Source: Clostridia bacterium (GTDB lineage Bacteria > Bacillota > Clostridia > Oscillospirales > CAG-272). Taken from it: DNA of 64,000 nt. This document shows positions 19,085-28,385 of the stretch, in pieces (within the stretch, counting starts at the first letter, position 1; each line of letters opens with the position of its first letter). Position numbers and translations under genes: made by a program. The stretch spans positions 7,174 through 71,173 of the forward strand of contig JAFQVV010000004.1 in NCBI GenBank assembly GCA_017407835.1, in the 5' to 3' direction. The notes under the pieces are model-generated. The model did not search any database. It was given only the letters and a program-made list of their open reading frames with translations, and was not told the DNA's origin.

Positions 19085-19759
19085 ATGAAAATTCAAGGTG
19101 CAATTTTTGACCTGGACGGTACGCTGGTCAATTCTCCCACAATTTGGGACGTGCTGTGGGCAGAATACGGTCGGCGATACTGCGGGGGAAAACCTTTTGT
19201 TCCCGATCACGACGATGAAGAGAAGATTCACACCACGCCTCTGCGTGAGGGGCTTGCTTTCATCGGTCAGCGCTATGGGCTGCCCGCCGACGCGGATGAG
19301 CTTTTTCGGGTAGCAAACGAGGTGTTCGTTGATTTTTACACCAACACACTCGAGGCAAAACCGGGGGCGGTGGAGCTGCTTGAAGGTCTGGCTTCTCGCG
19401 GCGTACGGATTTGCATGGCATCGGCATCGACGCGTGATATCATTGATCTTGCGCTTACCCGCTGTGGAATCGGCAAATATTTCTCGCGCATTTTCACCTG
19501 CGTCGAGGTGGGCAAGGACAAGCGCCATCCCGATATTTATCTGCGCGCCGCCGAACATCTCGGCACTCCAAAAGAAGAAACGTGGGTATTTGAAGACGCT
19601 TACACCGCGGTGATAACCGCGAAACGTGCGGGATTCCACACCGTTGCCATTTATGAGCCGGTCGAATCCAAGCAGCGGGAAATCGAGCAGATCACCGATG
19701 TCTACGTCCCGCAGGGCGAGCGATTTGACTGTGTACTTTCATATTTTGATTGGGCATAA
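19085..19759 (+). CDS. HAD-superfamily hydrolase (beta-phosphoglucomutase-like subfamily IA)
   Basis: IFDLDGTLVNS motif I, MASAS motif II, and VFEDAYTAV. Confidence 0.85.
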   Translation: MKIQGAIFDLDGTLVNSPTIWDVLWAEYGRRYCGGKPFVPDHDDEEKIHTTPLREGLAFIGQRYGLPADADELFRVANEVFVDFYTNTLEAKPGAVELLEGLASRGVRICMASASTRDIIDLALTRCGIGKYFSRIFTCVEVGKDKRHPDIYLRAAEHLGTPKEETWVFEDAYTAVITAKRAGFHTVAIYEPVESKQREIEQITDVYVPQGERFDCVLSYFDWA

Positions 19760-19766
19760 CAAAAGC

Positions 19767-19812
19767 AAAAACAGGATACCGCGCAGATCTGCGCGGTATC
19801 CTGTTTTGTTTT
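19767..19812. terminator. bidirectional terminator between convergent genes
   Basis: Perfect 34-nt palindrome ACAGGATACCGCGCAGATCTGCGCGGTATCCTGT flanked by A-rich and T-rich runs. Confidence 0.85.
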
Positions 19813-19814
19813 CT

Positions 19815-20513
19815 TTATTTTGCAGTTTCTTCGCCGCGAATCAGGGTGAAATTCCCCGAGCGAAGGGTACGGAGCAGCTGTTCATTGGTCAGGATAGGGA
19901 AATCGGTCTCAATTCCCGCACGGGGACGGTGGTGCGCATGGTGAAAATCAGATCCGGAACTTCTGAGGAGGTTAAACTTATCCGCCCACAACTCGGCGAT
20001 ATCGTTACGCGATTCTTGTTCGGGGTGGCCGTTGTAGACCTCAATTCCGTCGAGTAGCTCAGGGTCTTTGATGCGCATTCCGTTGCGGAAGGGATGCGCT
20101 TGGAAAAAGAGCATCCCCTCCTCGTGGAGTGCAGAAACAAGCTCTTTGAGGGGCATATCCATGATGTCGGGACAGGAACGCATAAATTCCTCAGTCATAC
20201 CGTAGATCAAGTAATCGTTGTCATCGGTATTGGAACGCAGCTCCATACCGAACAGTACATTGAAGCGCCCTGCGGCGGCTTCAAGCATAGTGTGGTAGCC
20301 ACGCATATAAAAATCACATTTTTCCTTCCAACTGCTTCCCTCACAGGTGAATTTTTTTCCGCCGAAGGTAAATTTGCTCATGTGGTCGGTCACAAGAACC
20401 GTGTGATAGTCCGCCGCCGCGTAAAGCTCTGCCGAATCAAAGGCAGATACCGTTCCGCAATTGCTGACCTCATCGGTGTGCAGATGGAGCTCGGTCTTAT
20501 ATTTCATCATCAT
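19815..20513 (-). CDS. PHP-domain metal-dependent phosphoesterase
   Basis: ELHLHTDEVSNCG N-terminal PHP motif and VTDHM, SDFHH histidines. Start reset to the ATG cluster (MMMKYK). Confidence 0.8.
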   Translation of the reverse strand: MMMKYKTELHLHTDEVSNCGTVSAFDSAELYAAADYHTVLVTDHMSKFTFGGKKFTCEGSSWKEKCDFYMRGYHTMLEAAAGRFNVLFGMELRSNTDDNDYLIYGMTEEFMRSCPDIMDMPLKELVSALHEEGMLFFQAHPFRNGMRIKDPELLDGIEVYNGHPEQESRNDIAELWADKFNLLRSSGSDFHHAHHRPRAGIETDFPILTNEQLLRTLRSGNFTLIRGEETAK

Positions 20514-20717
20514 CTCACTGCCCTCTGCGGAGGGCTTCCTTTTTTCTTTTTGGGGAATCACGCCCTGCCAAACATCAAAAACGGGCAATGACCATGTTTA
20601 TCATACACCATTTCGACGTGTTATGCAAGAGCAAATCTTAGCGACAAATAAATTTCATCCATCTCACCAAAATGATCGGTGGATAATCGGTGTTATTTGG
20701 CAATAAATCGGGGAAAA

Positions 20718-22575
20718 TTATTGCTTTTTTCCCGAGGTGTATTTGCCGATCTCCTCCAAAATTGCCTTTCCCCAACGATCGCATTTGGTTCTGCCGATGC
20801 CGCCGATGAGCATCAGCTCATCGGTTGTCTTGGGTTTGCGCACCGACAGCTCAAGCAGAGTCGCATTGGTAAAAACAGCATAGGCGGGGACACTCGCGCG
20901 ATCCGCCAGTTTACCGCGCAGCCTGCGCAAAATCTCGTAGAGTTTCTCATCGGGCGGTCCCGCTTCGGTCATTGTGGGCAGTGGTGTGCTCTTACCTTTT
21001 TTCGCTGCTGTGCGGTTGAGTTTGGTATGCAGCCTTGCGGTGACGCGGCGGCTGCCGCAAAGCACCTCGTCAGCACGTCTGCCCAACTGCAGAAGGGGAT
21101 ACTCGCCCGTCGTGCGGCACAAAAATTCGGCTGTGACAAGGAGCTCGATCAGCTCTCTGATCCGCGCGGCAGGAACCTCCCGCATCGCCCCCAGCATGGG
21201 CAGGTCGACTGTATCATAGCGCGCGGTGCGCTCATCTCCGCTCCCGCGCAGGAGGTTGATGATCATGCCCGTCCCCCAACGCTCGCCCGACTGCGCCACA
21301 CAGCGCAGAATCATCCGCGTTTCATCGGTAACATCGCACAATTCACCGCCGCCAAGGCAGTTTGAGCAGTTGCCGCAATGCATCTCCCCTCTCTCGCCAA
21401 AATAGCGCAGGATGAAAGCGCGCAGGCAATCGGCAGTGGTGGCGTAAAAGGTCATCTGCTTGAGGCGATCAAGTTCGCGCTCGCGCAGAATGGCACGCGT
21501 GCCCGGAGAAATCTCTTCGTTTGGCTCGCTGTGCTCAATCAAAAACTTCGCCAGCCGCACATCGGCGGGCGCATAGAGAAGAATACACCGCGCGGCACTG
21601 CCGTCACGCCCGGCACGTCCCGCCTCCTGATAGTAGCTTTCCATATCCTTGGGCATATGATAGTGGATTACAAAGGAAACATTGGATTTGTCGATCCCCA
21701 TACCGAAGGCATTGGTTGCCACCATAATGGAGGTACGATCGTAGAGAAAGCTGTCCTGATTATGAAAACGCTCGCTCTCGTCAAGCCCCGCATGATAGCG
21801 GGTTGCGGCAATCCCGTTGGCACAGAGCAGGTCGCAGACCTCTTCCACAGCTTTGCGCGTCGCGCAGTAAACAATTCCGCTCTGACCTTTCAGCTCATCA
21901 AGCAGCCTCAAAAGCGCAGTTCCCTTCTCCGCACCGGCGGCGGAAAGAACTTCAAAGCGCAGATTCGGTCGGTCAAATCCCGTTGAGATGACAAGCGGAT
22001 CGCGCAGGTGAAGCAGGCGCAGGATGTCCTCACGCACCGCCGCGGTTGCCGTCGCGGTATAGGCGCCGACGATGGGACGGCGGGGCAGACGAGCGGCAAA
22101 CTCGGCAATATCAAGATAGCCGGGACGAAAATCCTGCCCCCACTGCGAGACGCAGTGTGCCTCATCAATGGCAAGGAGGGATATCTCCGCCGAGCAGGCG
22201 AAAGAGAGAAAGGATTCTGTCAGCAGGCGTTCCGGGGCAACGTAGATCAGCTTATACATCCCACGGCGGGCATTGTCGAGGGCGCGATCAATTTGCGCGG
22301 GTGTGAGCGAGGAATTGATATACGCCGCACGGACGCCGTTCTGGATAAGCGCGCTGACCTGGTCTTTCATCAGCGAAATGAGGGGGGGAGACGACAATGG
22401 TAATGCCCGAAAGCATCAGCGCGGGGACCTGAAAACAAAGCGATTTTCCTGCTCCCGTTGGCATGACTGCCATGACATCCCGACCGTCCAGCACCGCATC
22501 AACGAGGGGCTCCTGCCCGCCGCGGAAGCTGCGGTAACCGAATACTTCACGCAAAACATCAGCTTTGGTTGGCAT
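20718..22575 (-). pseudogene. recQ: ATP-dependent DNA helicase RecQ, interrupted by a +1 frameshift in a homopolymer
   Basis: The N-terminal ORF (22288-22575) carries [10 protein letters not shown] and [12 protein letters not shown], ending ..TIVVSPP. The main ORF resumes at [10 protein letters not shown] and carries DEAHCVSQWGQDFRP and a C-terminal HRDC domain. The frames switch at G7 (22382-22388). Confidence 0.85.
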
Positions 22576-23395
22576 ACTTATCCTCGTTGTTTAAGTCAAG
22601 AAAGCGCGCGGCGTTATCATAGAGAATTTTTCTCCGCTCTTCTTCGGTCAGCGGGACGGCAAAGAAGCGGGACAGCTCACTCTCGTAGCATTTGACGGGG
22701 TAATCGGTACCGAACATCACACGGTCGGTGCCAAGGATGTGAATCAGCTCCCCTGCATAATCGGCGGTCATGGCCCAGATTGCGGAGGAAGTATCAAAGA
22801 GCACCTGCGGGTAAGCCACCAGCATGGGGGCATCCATCCATGCCTGATATCCGCCCAGATGTGCCGCAACCACCGACAGATCGGGATAGCGTTCAAGCAC
22901 ACGGACAAGGCGCCGCGCAGTCGAAAAACGGTACTGCGGGCGATTGTCCCCCATATGCACATAAAGAGGAAGCTTGCGTTTTTCCATTTCGGCATAGAGG
23001 GGCATCATGCGCGGATCGTCGATATTGATTCCCTGTATATCTGGATGAATTTTCACGCCGCGCAGGCCCATTTCCGTGATGCGGTCAAGCTCCGATGCAA
23101 AGTCGGGATAGTCCTGATGGATTCCCGCAAAGCCGACGGTGGAAAAGCCGGCTGCACGGGATTGACGCACCTGCGCTGCGATACCGTCGTTGACCTTCTG
23201 CACCTGATGGGCATTGGTTGCCACCGAAAAAAGCAAGAATCCGCTGATGTGGGCGTCAGCACCGATCTGCTCCAGCTCACGGTAGATGCCCTTTCCTTCA
23301 GGAACAAAATTGTAAAACTTGCCAAGCGCCGTCACAGCTTTTTCGGCAATTGCTTCCGGATAAGTATGCGTATGAACATCAAAAATTTTATACAT
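22559..23395 (-). CDS. amidohydrolase-family (TIM-barrel metal-dependent hydrolase) protein
   Basis: [10 protein letters not shown]-terminal metal motif. 278 aa. The 3' end overlaps the recQ start by 17 nt. Confidence 0.8.
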   Translation of the reverse strand: MYKIFDVHTHTYPEAIAEKAVTALGKFYNFVPEGKGIYRELEQIGADAHISGFLLFSVATNAHQVQKVNDGIAAQVRQSRAAGFSTVGFAGIHQDYPDFASELDRITEMGLRGVKIHPDIQGINIDDPRMMPLYAEMEKRKLPLYVHMGDNRPQYRFSTARRLVRVLERYPDLSVVAAHLGGYQAWMDAPMLVAYPQVLFDTSSAIWAMTADYAGELIHILGTDRVMFGTDYPVKCYESELSRFFAVPLTEEERRKILYDNAARFLDLNNEDKYANQS

Positions 23396-23466
23396 AGGAA
23401 AACTCCGTTGACTTCGGATAAATTTTATGGTAAAATGGTTTTACAAAATCGAAAGAGAGGTCAAAT

Positions 23467-23805
23467 ATGGACTGTCTGTTTTGCAAAATCATCGGCGGGG
23501 AGATCCCGTCGGCAAAAGTATACGAGGATGAGCTGGTCTATGCCTTCCGCGACATCAATCCCCAGGCGCCCGTTCACGTTCTTGTGGTGCCCAAGCAGCA
23601 CATTGCTTCGGCAGACGAAGTGACGGTCGACAACAGCGCCGCTGTTGCCGCTATTTTCACCGCGATCCCCAAAATCGCTGCGGCAGAGGGGCTGGGCAAT
23701 GGCTACCGTGTCATCACCAACATCGGTGAGGATGGATGCCAGAGTGTGAAGCATATGCACTTCCATATTCTCGGCGGAAAAAAGCTGCCCGAATCCATGG
23801 CATAA
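23467..23805 (+). CDS. HIT-family (histidine triad) nucleotide-binding protein
   Basis: HMHFHILGG histidine triad. 112 aa. Confidence 0.9.
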   Translation: MDCLFCKIIGGEIPSAKVYEDELVYAFRDINPQAPVHVLVVPKQHIASADEVTVDNSAAVAAIFTAIPKIAAAEGLGNGYRVITNIGEDGCQSVKHMHFHILGGKKLPESMA

Positions 23806-23839
23806 GGCGAATGGCGGCGTTTCCGCCGCCAAACTCGAT

Positions 23840-23876
23840 GGGGTGTCGCGCAACTTGCGCGACACCCCTTATTTTT
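23840..23876. terminator. hairpin terminator between convergent genes
   Basis: GGGGTGTCGCGC-aactt-GCGCGACACCCC followed by TTATTTTT. Confidence 0.8.
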
Positions 23877-23877
23877 G

Positions 23878-24693
23878 TTACAGCATTCCCCGCAGGCAGC
23901 TGATATAGGAAAACAGCGCGATGCCGGGCTCTGCCAGCTCGGGTGACCAGCGTTTAACCCACTCGTAGGAGAGATAGCCGTCATAGCCGATATCCCGCAG
24001 GCAATTGATGATCTCACCGAAGGGCAGATCGCCGTAGCCGGTGAGCATATATGTGATCTTACCGTTTGTACCCTTGACCGAGTCTTTGAGGTGCACATGC
24101 TTGATATATTTGCCAAGGTGCAATGCCGACTTGGCGGGCGACTCACCGCAGAAGCGGTAAGGATGGTGAACGTCCCAGATGATGCCGGAGTTGGGGCGGC
24201 CAACCCGATCAAGGAAATTGCGTGCAAGCGCGGTATTGCTGAGGAATCCGTTCGTCTCGGTTAGCAGTGTCACCCCGTGGGGAGCTGCCCAATCACAAAG
24301 CTCGCCGAACTTCAGGGCAGCACAGTCAATCTCGTCCTCGGTGGTGGTAATCATGGGTTCTGCTGTCTTTTCCATCAGCACGCGCACATAGGGAATCTCC
24401 AAGCGTTCTGCCAGCAGGACATAATCCTTGACCTCCTGCTCGGCTGCGGCAAGATCGGGATTGTTGAGCAAATAAGCACCGCCCGTCAAAATCGGGATTT
24501 CAATCCCGGTACGGGCAAGCATCTCGCGGGTTTTCTCAATTCGTGCCTGGGAGAAGGCACGAATGTGGGGAGCATACATTTCATCGGCCACACCGCGAAT
24601 CTCAACTCCTGCGTAGCCAAGGTCGGCGGCGGTAGAAATTACTTCACTGAAATGCCAATCGGGGCAAGTCAGCGTTGAAAAAGCAAGTTTCAT
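23878..24693 (-). CDS. sugar phosphate isomerase/epimerase (xylose-isomerase-like TIM barrel)
   Basis: MKLAFSTLTCPDW start and a typical AP-endonuclease-2/TIM barrel family pattern. Start reset to the internal ATG after AAAGGAA. Confidence 0.8.
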   Translation of the reverse strand: MKLAFSTLTCPDWHFSEVISTAADLGYAGVEIRGVADEMYAPHIRAFSQARIEKTREMLARTGIEIPILTGGAYLLNNPDLAAAEQEVKDYVLLAERLEIPYVRVLMEKTAEPMITTTEDEIDCAALKFGELCDWAAPHGVTLLTETNGFLSNTALARNFLDRVGRPNSGIIWDVHHPYRFCGESPAKSALHLGKYIKHVHLKDSVKGTNGKITYMLTGYGDLPFGEIINCLRDIGYDGYLSYEWVKRWSPELAEPGIALFSYISCLRGML

Positions 24694-24773
24694 GGACAGA
24701 ATTCCTTTCGTGTGAATTTGTCTGCTATTGATATTGTAGCACAATTTGCCGAATTTGTAAAGTACAAAGTCGT

Positions 24774-26438
24774 TTACGCCGTTTCAATTGCAGCGGCTTC
24801 CTGCAGGCTCAGCGCCTCGACTGCCATCTCGCGAAGCTTATACTTGAGGATCTTGCCGGCAGCGTTCATGGGGAAGCCCTCCACGAACATGACATAGCTG
24901 GGCACCTTATGCTTTGCCATGGAGCTCAGCACATAATCCTTGACCTCCTGCTCGGTCATGCTCTCCCCTTCTTTGAGAATAACGCACGCCATAATCTCCT
25001 CGCCGTAGGCCTTGCTGGGAACACCGATCACCTGTACATCGCTGATCTTGGGATGGGTATAGATGAAGTCCTCGATCTCCTTGGGATAGATGTTCTCACC
25101 GCCGCGGATAATCATATCCTTGATACGACCGGTAATCTTGTAATAGCCGTCTTCGTCACAGCAGGCAAGGTCGCCCGTATGGAGCCACCCGTCCTTATCG
25201 ATGGCTTGTGCGGTGGCTTCGGGCATCTTGTAGTAGCCCTTCATGATATTGTAGCCGCGAGCACAGAACTCGCCGATTTTGCCGGGGCCGAGGGTCTCCC
25301 CCGTCTCGGGATCGACAATTTTGGTCTCCACGCCGGGGAAACTGCGGCCGACGGTATTGACACGGCGCTCAAGGGTATCGTCGGTGGTGGTCTGCGTACA
25401 ACCGGGGGATGCCTCGGTCTGGCCGTAAACAATGGTGATTTCCTTCATGCCCATATCATCCACAACCTGCTGCATCACCTTGATCGGGCAAGGCGAGCCT
25501 GCCATGATGCCGGTGCGGAGATTGAACTTGAACTGCTTGAAATCGGGATGCTCCAGCATACCGATGAACATGGTGGGCACACCGTGGACGGCGGTGCACT
25601 GCTCCATCTCCAGCGCCTCCATAACCTTACGGGGAGAATAACGCTCAACGGGAACCATTGTGGTGGCGTGGGTGATGCTCGCCATCATGGCGAGCACAAG
25701 CCCGAAGCAATGGAAGAAGGGGACGGTGATGCAGAGCTTATCTGCAGGGGTGAACTTCATACGGTCGCCGATGGTCTTGCCGTTGTTGAGGATGTTGTAG
25801 TGGGTCAGCATAACCCCCTTGGGGAATCCCGTCGTACCGGAGGTGTACTGCATATTGACAACATCATGACAGTCGAGCCCTGCTCTCGCAGCAGCATATT
25901 CGGCGTCACTAACCGTCTCTGCCATGGCGTACAAATCTTGCCAGTTATACATCCCCGCATATCGCTCCTCATCAATGGTGATGCAGGTGCGCAGGAAGGG
26001 GAGACGGGTGCAGCTGTGATCACGCGCATCGGGCTCTGCGGCAAACTCGGGGCAGAGACGGTTGACGATATCCACATAGCTGACATCCTTGAGGCCGTTG
26101 CTCATGACCAGCACCTTGGTATCCGACTGCTTGAGCAGATACTCTGCCTCGTGAATTTTATACGCGGTATTGACAGTAACCAGCACTGCGCCGATTTTGG
26201 CACAGGCAAACAGCGTCATCATCCACTGCGGGTAATTGGTTGCCCAGATGGCAACATGATCGCCGCGCTTGATGCCCATTGCAAGAAAAGCACGGGCAAT
26301 GGTATCGCACTCGGCGTTAAATTCTCTGTATGTGCGCTTATAGTCGAATTTGTGGGTATAGACAACGGCAGGCTGATCGGGGTATTCGGCCGCGATCTTA
26401 TCCATCCATTCACCCAGTGTTGCGTTGATAAATTCCAT
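24774..26438 (-). CDS. AMP-forming acyl-CoA synthetase (medium/short branched-chain fatty-acid--CoA ligase-like)
   Basis: AMP-binding motifs YTSGTTGFPKGV, GYGQTE-like YGQTEAS, and TGDL..GRIKD. Start is MEFINATLGEW after AGAGGA. The 95 upstream codons of the ORF are the translated T-box leader. Confidence 0.9.
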   Translation of the reverse strand: MEFINATLGEWMDKIAAEYPDQPAVVYTHKFDYKRTYREFNAECDTIARAFLAMGIKRGDHVAIWATNYPQWMMTLFACAKIGAVLVTVNTAYKIHEAEYLLKQSDTKVLVMSNGLKDVSYVDIVNRLCPEFAAEPDARDHSCTRLPFLRTCITIDEERYAGMYNWQDLYAMAETVSDAEYAAARAGLDCHDVVNMQYTSGTTGFPKGVMLTHYNILNNGKTIGDRMKFTPADKLCITVPFFHCFGLVLAMMASITHATTMVPVERYSPRKVMEALEMEQCTAVHGVPTMFIGMLEHPDFKQFKFNLRTGIMAGSPCPIKVMQQVVDDMGMKEITIVYGQTEASPGCTQTTTDDTLERRVNTVGRSFPGVETKIVDPETGETLGPGKIGEFCARGYNIMKGYYKMPEATAQAIDKDGWLHTGDLACCDEDGYYKITGRIKDMIIRGGENIYPKEIEDFIYTHPKISDVQVIGVPSKAYGEEIMACVILKEGESMTEQEVKDYVLSSMAKHKVPSYVMFVEGFPMNAAGKILKYKLREMAVEALSLQEAAAIETA

Positions 26439-26478
26439 ATACAGTTTCCTCTTTTCATTTTTGCTGAATTTTATCAAA

Positions 26479-26775
26479 CAAAATAAAACAAAAATCCCCC
26501 GTCTCGGGCAGATTGCTCTGCTCGGGACGGAGGACATACATCTTCTCCGCGGTACCACCCGCGTTCCGCTTGCATCAAGCGGCGCTCTCAGGCACATACA
26601 TGCCCTATCCGATAACGGCGGAAACCGTGGCAGCTTACTTCGAGGATTTCCTCGGTTCGGTGCCAAGCGCGGCGTAAGCCTCAAAGGGAGTTTCGGTGTG
26701 TCTTCCGCAAAGCCTCGCAGCAAACGGCTTCTCTCTGGAGCGGGACCATCAACCTACTGAATCTTTGTTGACGCT
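26479..26775 (-). promoter_or_regulatory. T-box riboswitch leader (tRNA-sensing transcription attenuator)
   Basis: On the minus-strand RNA: AGUA (26758-26755), AGAGAG (26736-26731), GAA-ACU (26694-26689), and T-box sequence AACGCGGGUGGUACCGCG (26565-26548). The terminator is an 18-position stem with 2 mismatches (26534-26517 / 26512-26495) followed by UUUUUGUUUUAUUUU. Confidence 0.85.
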
Positions 26776-26794
26776 TTGTTTGATATTATCCAAT

Positions 26795-26823
26795 ATTTTA
26801 TCACAAAATTCACACACTGTCAA
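26795..26823 (-). promoter_or_regulatory. sigma-A promoter driving the T-box leader
   Basis: On the minus strand: TTGACA, 17-nt spacer, TGaTAAAAT. Confidence 0.7.
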
Positions 26824-26861
26824 GTGGTTAATTTGTCCGTATTTGGGGATTTCGGCACCGA

Positions 26862-28178
26862 TTATTTTACAAATTCTGCATAAATTGCCTGCATTGCGTG
26901 TTCAAAATCAGCTGCATCAACGCCCAAGATGATGTTCAGCTCGCAGGAGCCCTGGTCGATCATACGGATATTCACCGAGGCATCGGCGGCGGCACGGAAA
27001 ACACGGGCAGCGGTACCCTTTGCCTTAACCATACCCCGTCCCACTACGGCGATCAGCGCAAGGCCGTCCTCGACCGAAATGCTGTCGGGATTGACCTTGG
27101 TGCAAATACGGGTGAGCAGGCGATCACGGTGCTCCTCCAGCTCATGGGTATTGAGCACTACACTCATGGTGTCGATACCGGAAGGCAGATGCTCAAAGCT
27201 GATGCCCTCCTCCTCCAACACACCCAGCACACGGCGGCCGAAACCGATCTCGGCGTTCATCATATCCTTCTCAATGGTGATGACCGAGAAGCCCTTCTTA
27301 CCGGCGATACCGGTAATCACATGCTCGGTATCGTACTTGTCGGTCTCGGCTACGATCATCGTCCCTGCATCGGCGGGGGCATTGGTGTTGCGGATATTGA
27401 TCGGAATACCGGCAAAGCGAACAGGGAAAATGGCATCCTCATGGAGCACGGTGGCGCCCATGTAGGAAAGCTCACGCAGCTCCCGGTAGGTGATGGTGTC
27501 GATGGGCTGTGCATTCTTGACGATGCGGGGATCAGCCATCAGGAAGCCGGACACGTCGGTCCAGTTCTCGTAAAGATCGGCCTCGGCTGCCCGTGCGACG
27601 ATGGAGCCGGTAATATCCGAGCCGCCGCGGGAGAAGGTCTTGATGGTACCGTTGGGCATGGAGCCGTAGAAACCGGGAATGACGGCGCGGGGATGACGCT
27701 GAAGCACCTCCCGCAGGACAGCATTGGTATGCTCGCCGTCAAAGGAGCCGTCATCACGGAAGAAGATGACATTTGCGGCATCAATGAAATCAAAGCCGAG
27801 ATATTTTGCGAGAACAATACCGTTGAGGTATTCGCCGCGGCTGGCGGCATAGTCACGGCCCGAATTGTGCTGCAGTGCGGCACGAACAAAGGTCAGCTCG
27901 TCCTCGAGCGAGCAATCAATCCCCAGCTCCTCGATAATGCTGTTATACCGCGCACGGATCTGATCGAACACAGGTGTCATATCCTCACCGCGGCGCACCA
28001 GATCATAGCAGGCATAAAGCATATCCGTTACCTTGGTATCCTCGGAAAAGCGTTTTCCCGGCGCAGAGGGAACGACGTATCGACGCGTTTCGTCTGCGTG
28101 AATGATGGATGCAACCTGTTTGAAATGTTCTGCATCGGCAAGCGAACTGCCGCCGAATTTGACTACCTTAACCTGCAC
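26862..28178 (-). CDS. aspartate kinase (monofunctional)
   Basis: VVKFGGSSL N-terminal kinase motif and C-terminal ACT-like region. 438 aa. GTG start lies 9 nt after AAGGAG. Confidence 0.9.
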   Translation of the reverse strand: MQVKVVKFGGSSLADAEHFKQVASIIHADETRRYVVPSAPGKRFSEDTKVTDMLYACYDLVRRGEDMTPVFDQIRARYNSIIEELGIDCSLEDELTFVRAALQHNSGRDYAASRGEYLNGIVLAKYLGFDFIDAANVIFFRDDGSFDGEHTNAVLREVLQRHPRAVIPGFYGSMPNGTIKTFSRGGSDITGSIVARAAEADLYENWTDVSGFLMADPRIVKNAQPIDTITYRELRELSYMGATVLHEDAIFPVRFAGIPINIRNTNAPADAGTMIVAETDKYDTEHVITGIAGKKGFSVITIEKDMMNAEIGFGRRVLGVLEEEGISFEHLPSGIDTMSVVLNTHELEEHRDRLLTRICTKVNPDSISVEDGLALIAVVGRGMVKAKGTAARVFRAAADASVNIRMIDQGSCELNIILGVDAADFEHAMQAIYAEFVK

Positions 28179-28260
28179 GGATGGAATCTCCTTTTACCAT
28201 AAAATTCTTGCCCTCTCCCCGGTGGTCCGGGAAGCCTCACGGGCACACGAAAAACAAAAA

Positions 28261-28287
28261 CAAAAGGCAAGTAAAACTTACCTTTTG
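28261..28287 (-). terminator. hairpin plus U-run, probably the terminator of the upstream ABC exporter gene, nested just downstream of the aspartokinase -10 box
   Basis: On the minus strand: CAAAAGGTAAG-tttta-CTTGCCTTTTG followed by TTTTTGTTTTT (28260-28250). Confidence 0.6.
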
Positions 28288-28289
28288 TT

Positions 28290-28318
28290 ATTATATGAAA
28301 AAAAACGAATTTTGTCAA
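28290..28318 (-). promoter_or_regulatory. sigma-A promoter of aspartokinase
   Basis: On the minus strand: TTGACA, 17-nt spacer, TATAAT (perfect consensus). Confidence 0.7.
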
Positions 28319-28385
28319 GAGGGGCGCAAAAATTTCGGGATTGCGTACATCAATCCGCTCATGGTATGCTTCTTTTTGTGCATAA

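Noticed and set aside
26439-26723. The N-terminal 95 codons of the 649-aa ORF extend the acyl-CoA synthetase upstream.
   Set aside because: This stretch is the T-box leader read as protein (Arg/Pro-rich nonsense). The ligase homology starts at MEFINATLGEW, which has its own RBS downstream of the terminator.
28179-28385. I considered a lysine riboswitch (L-box) or T-box upstream of aspartokinase.
   Set aside because: The leader from the predicted promoter to the start codon is only about 105 nt. It lacks the multi-helix L-box core and has no GGUGGUACCGCG-type T-box sequence.
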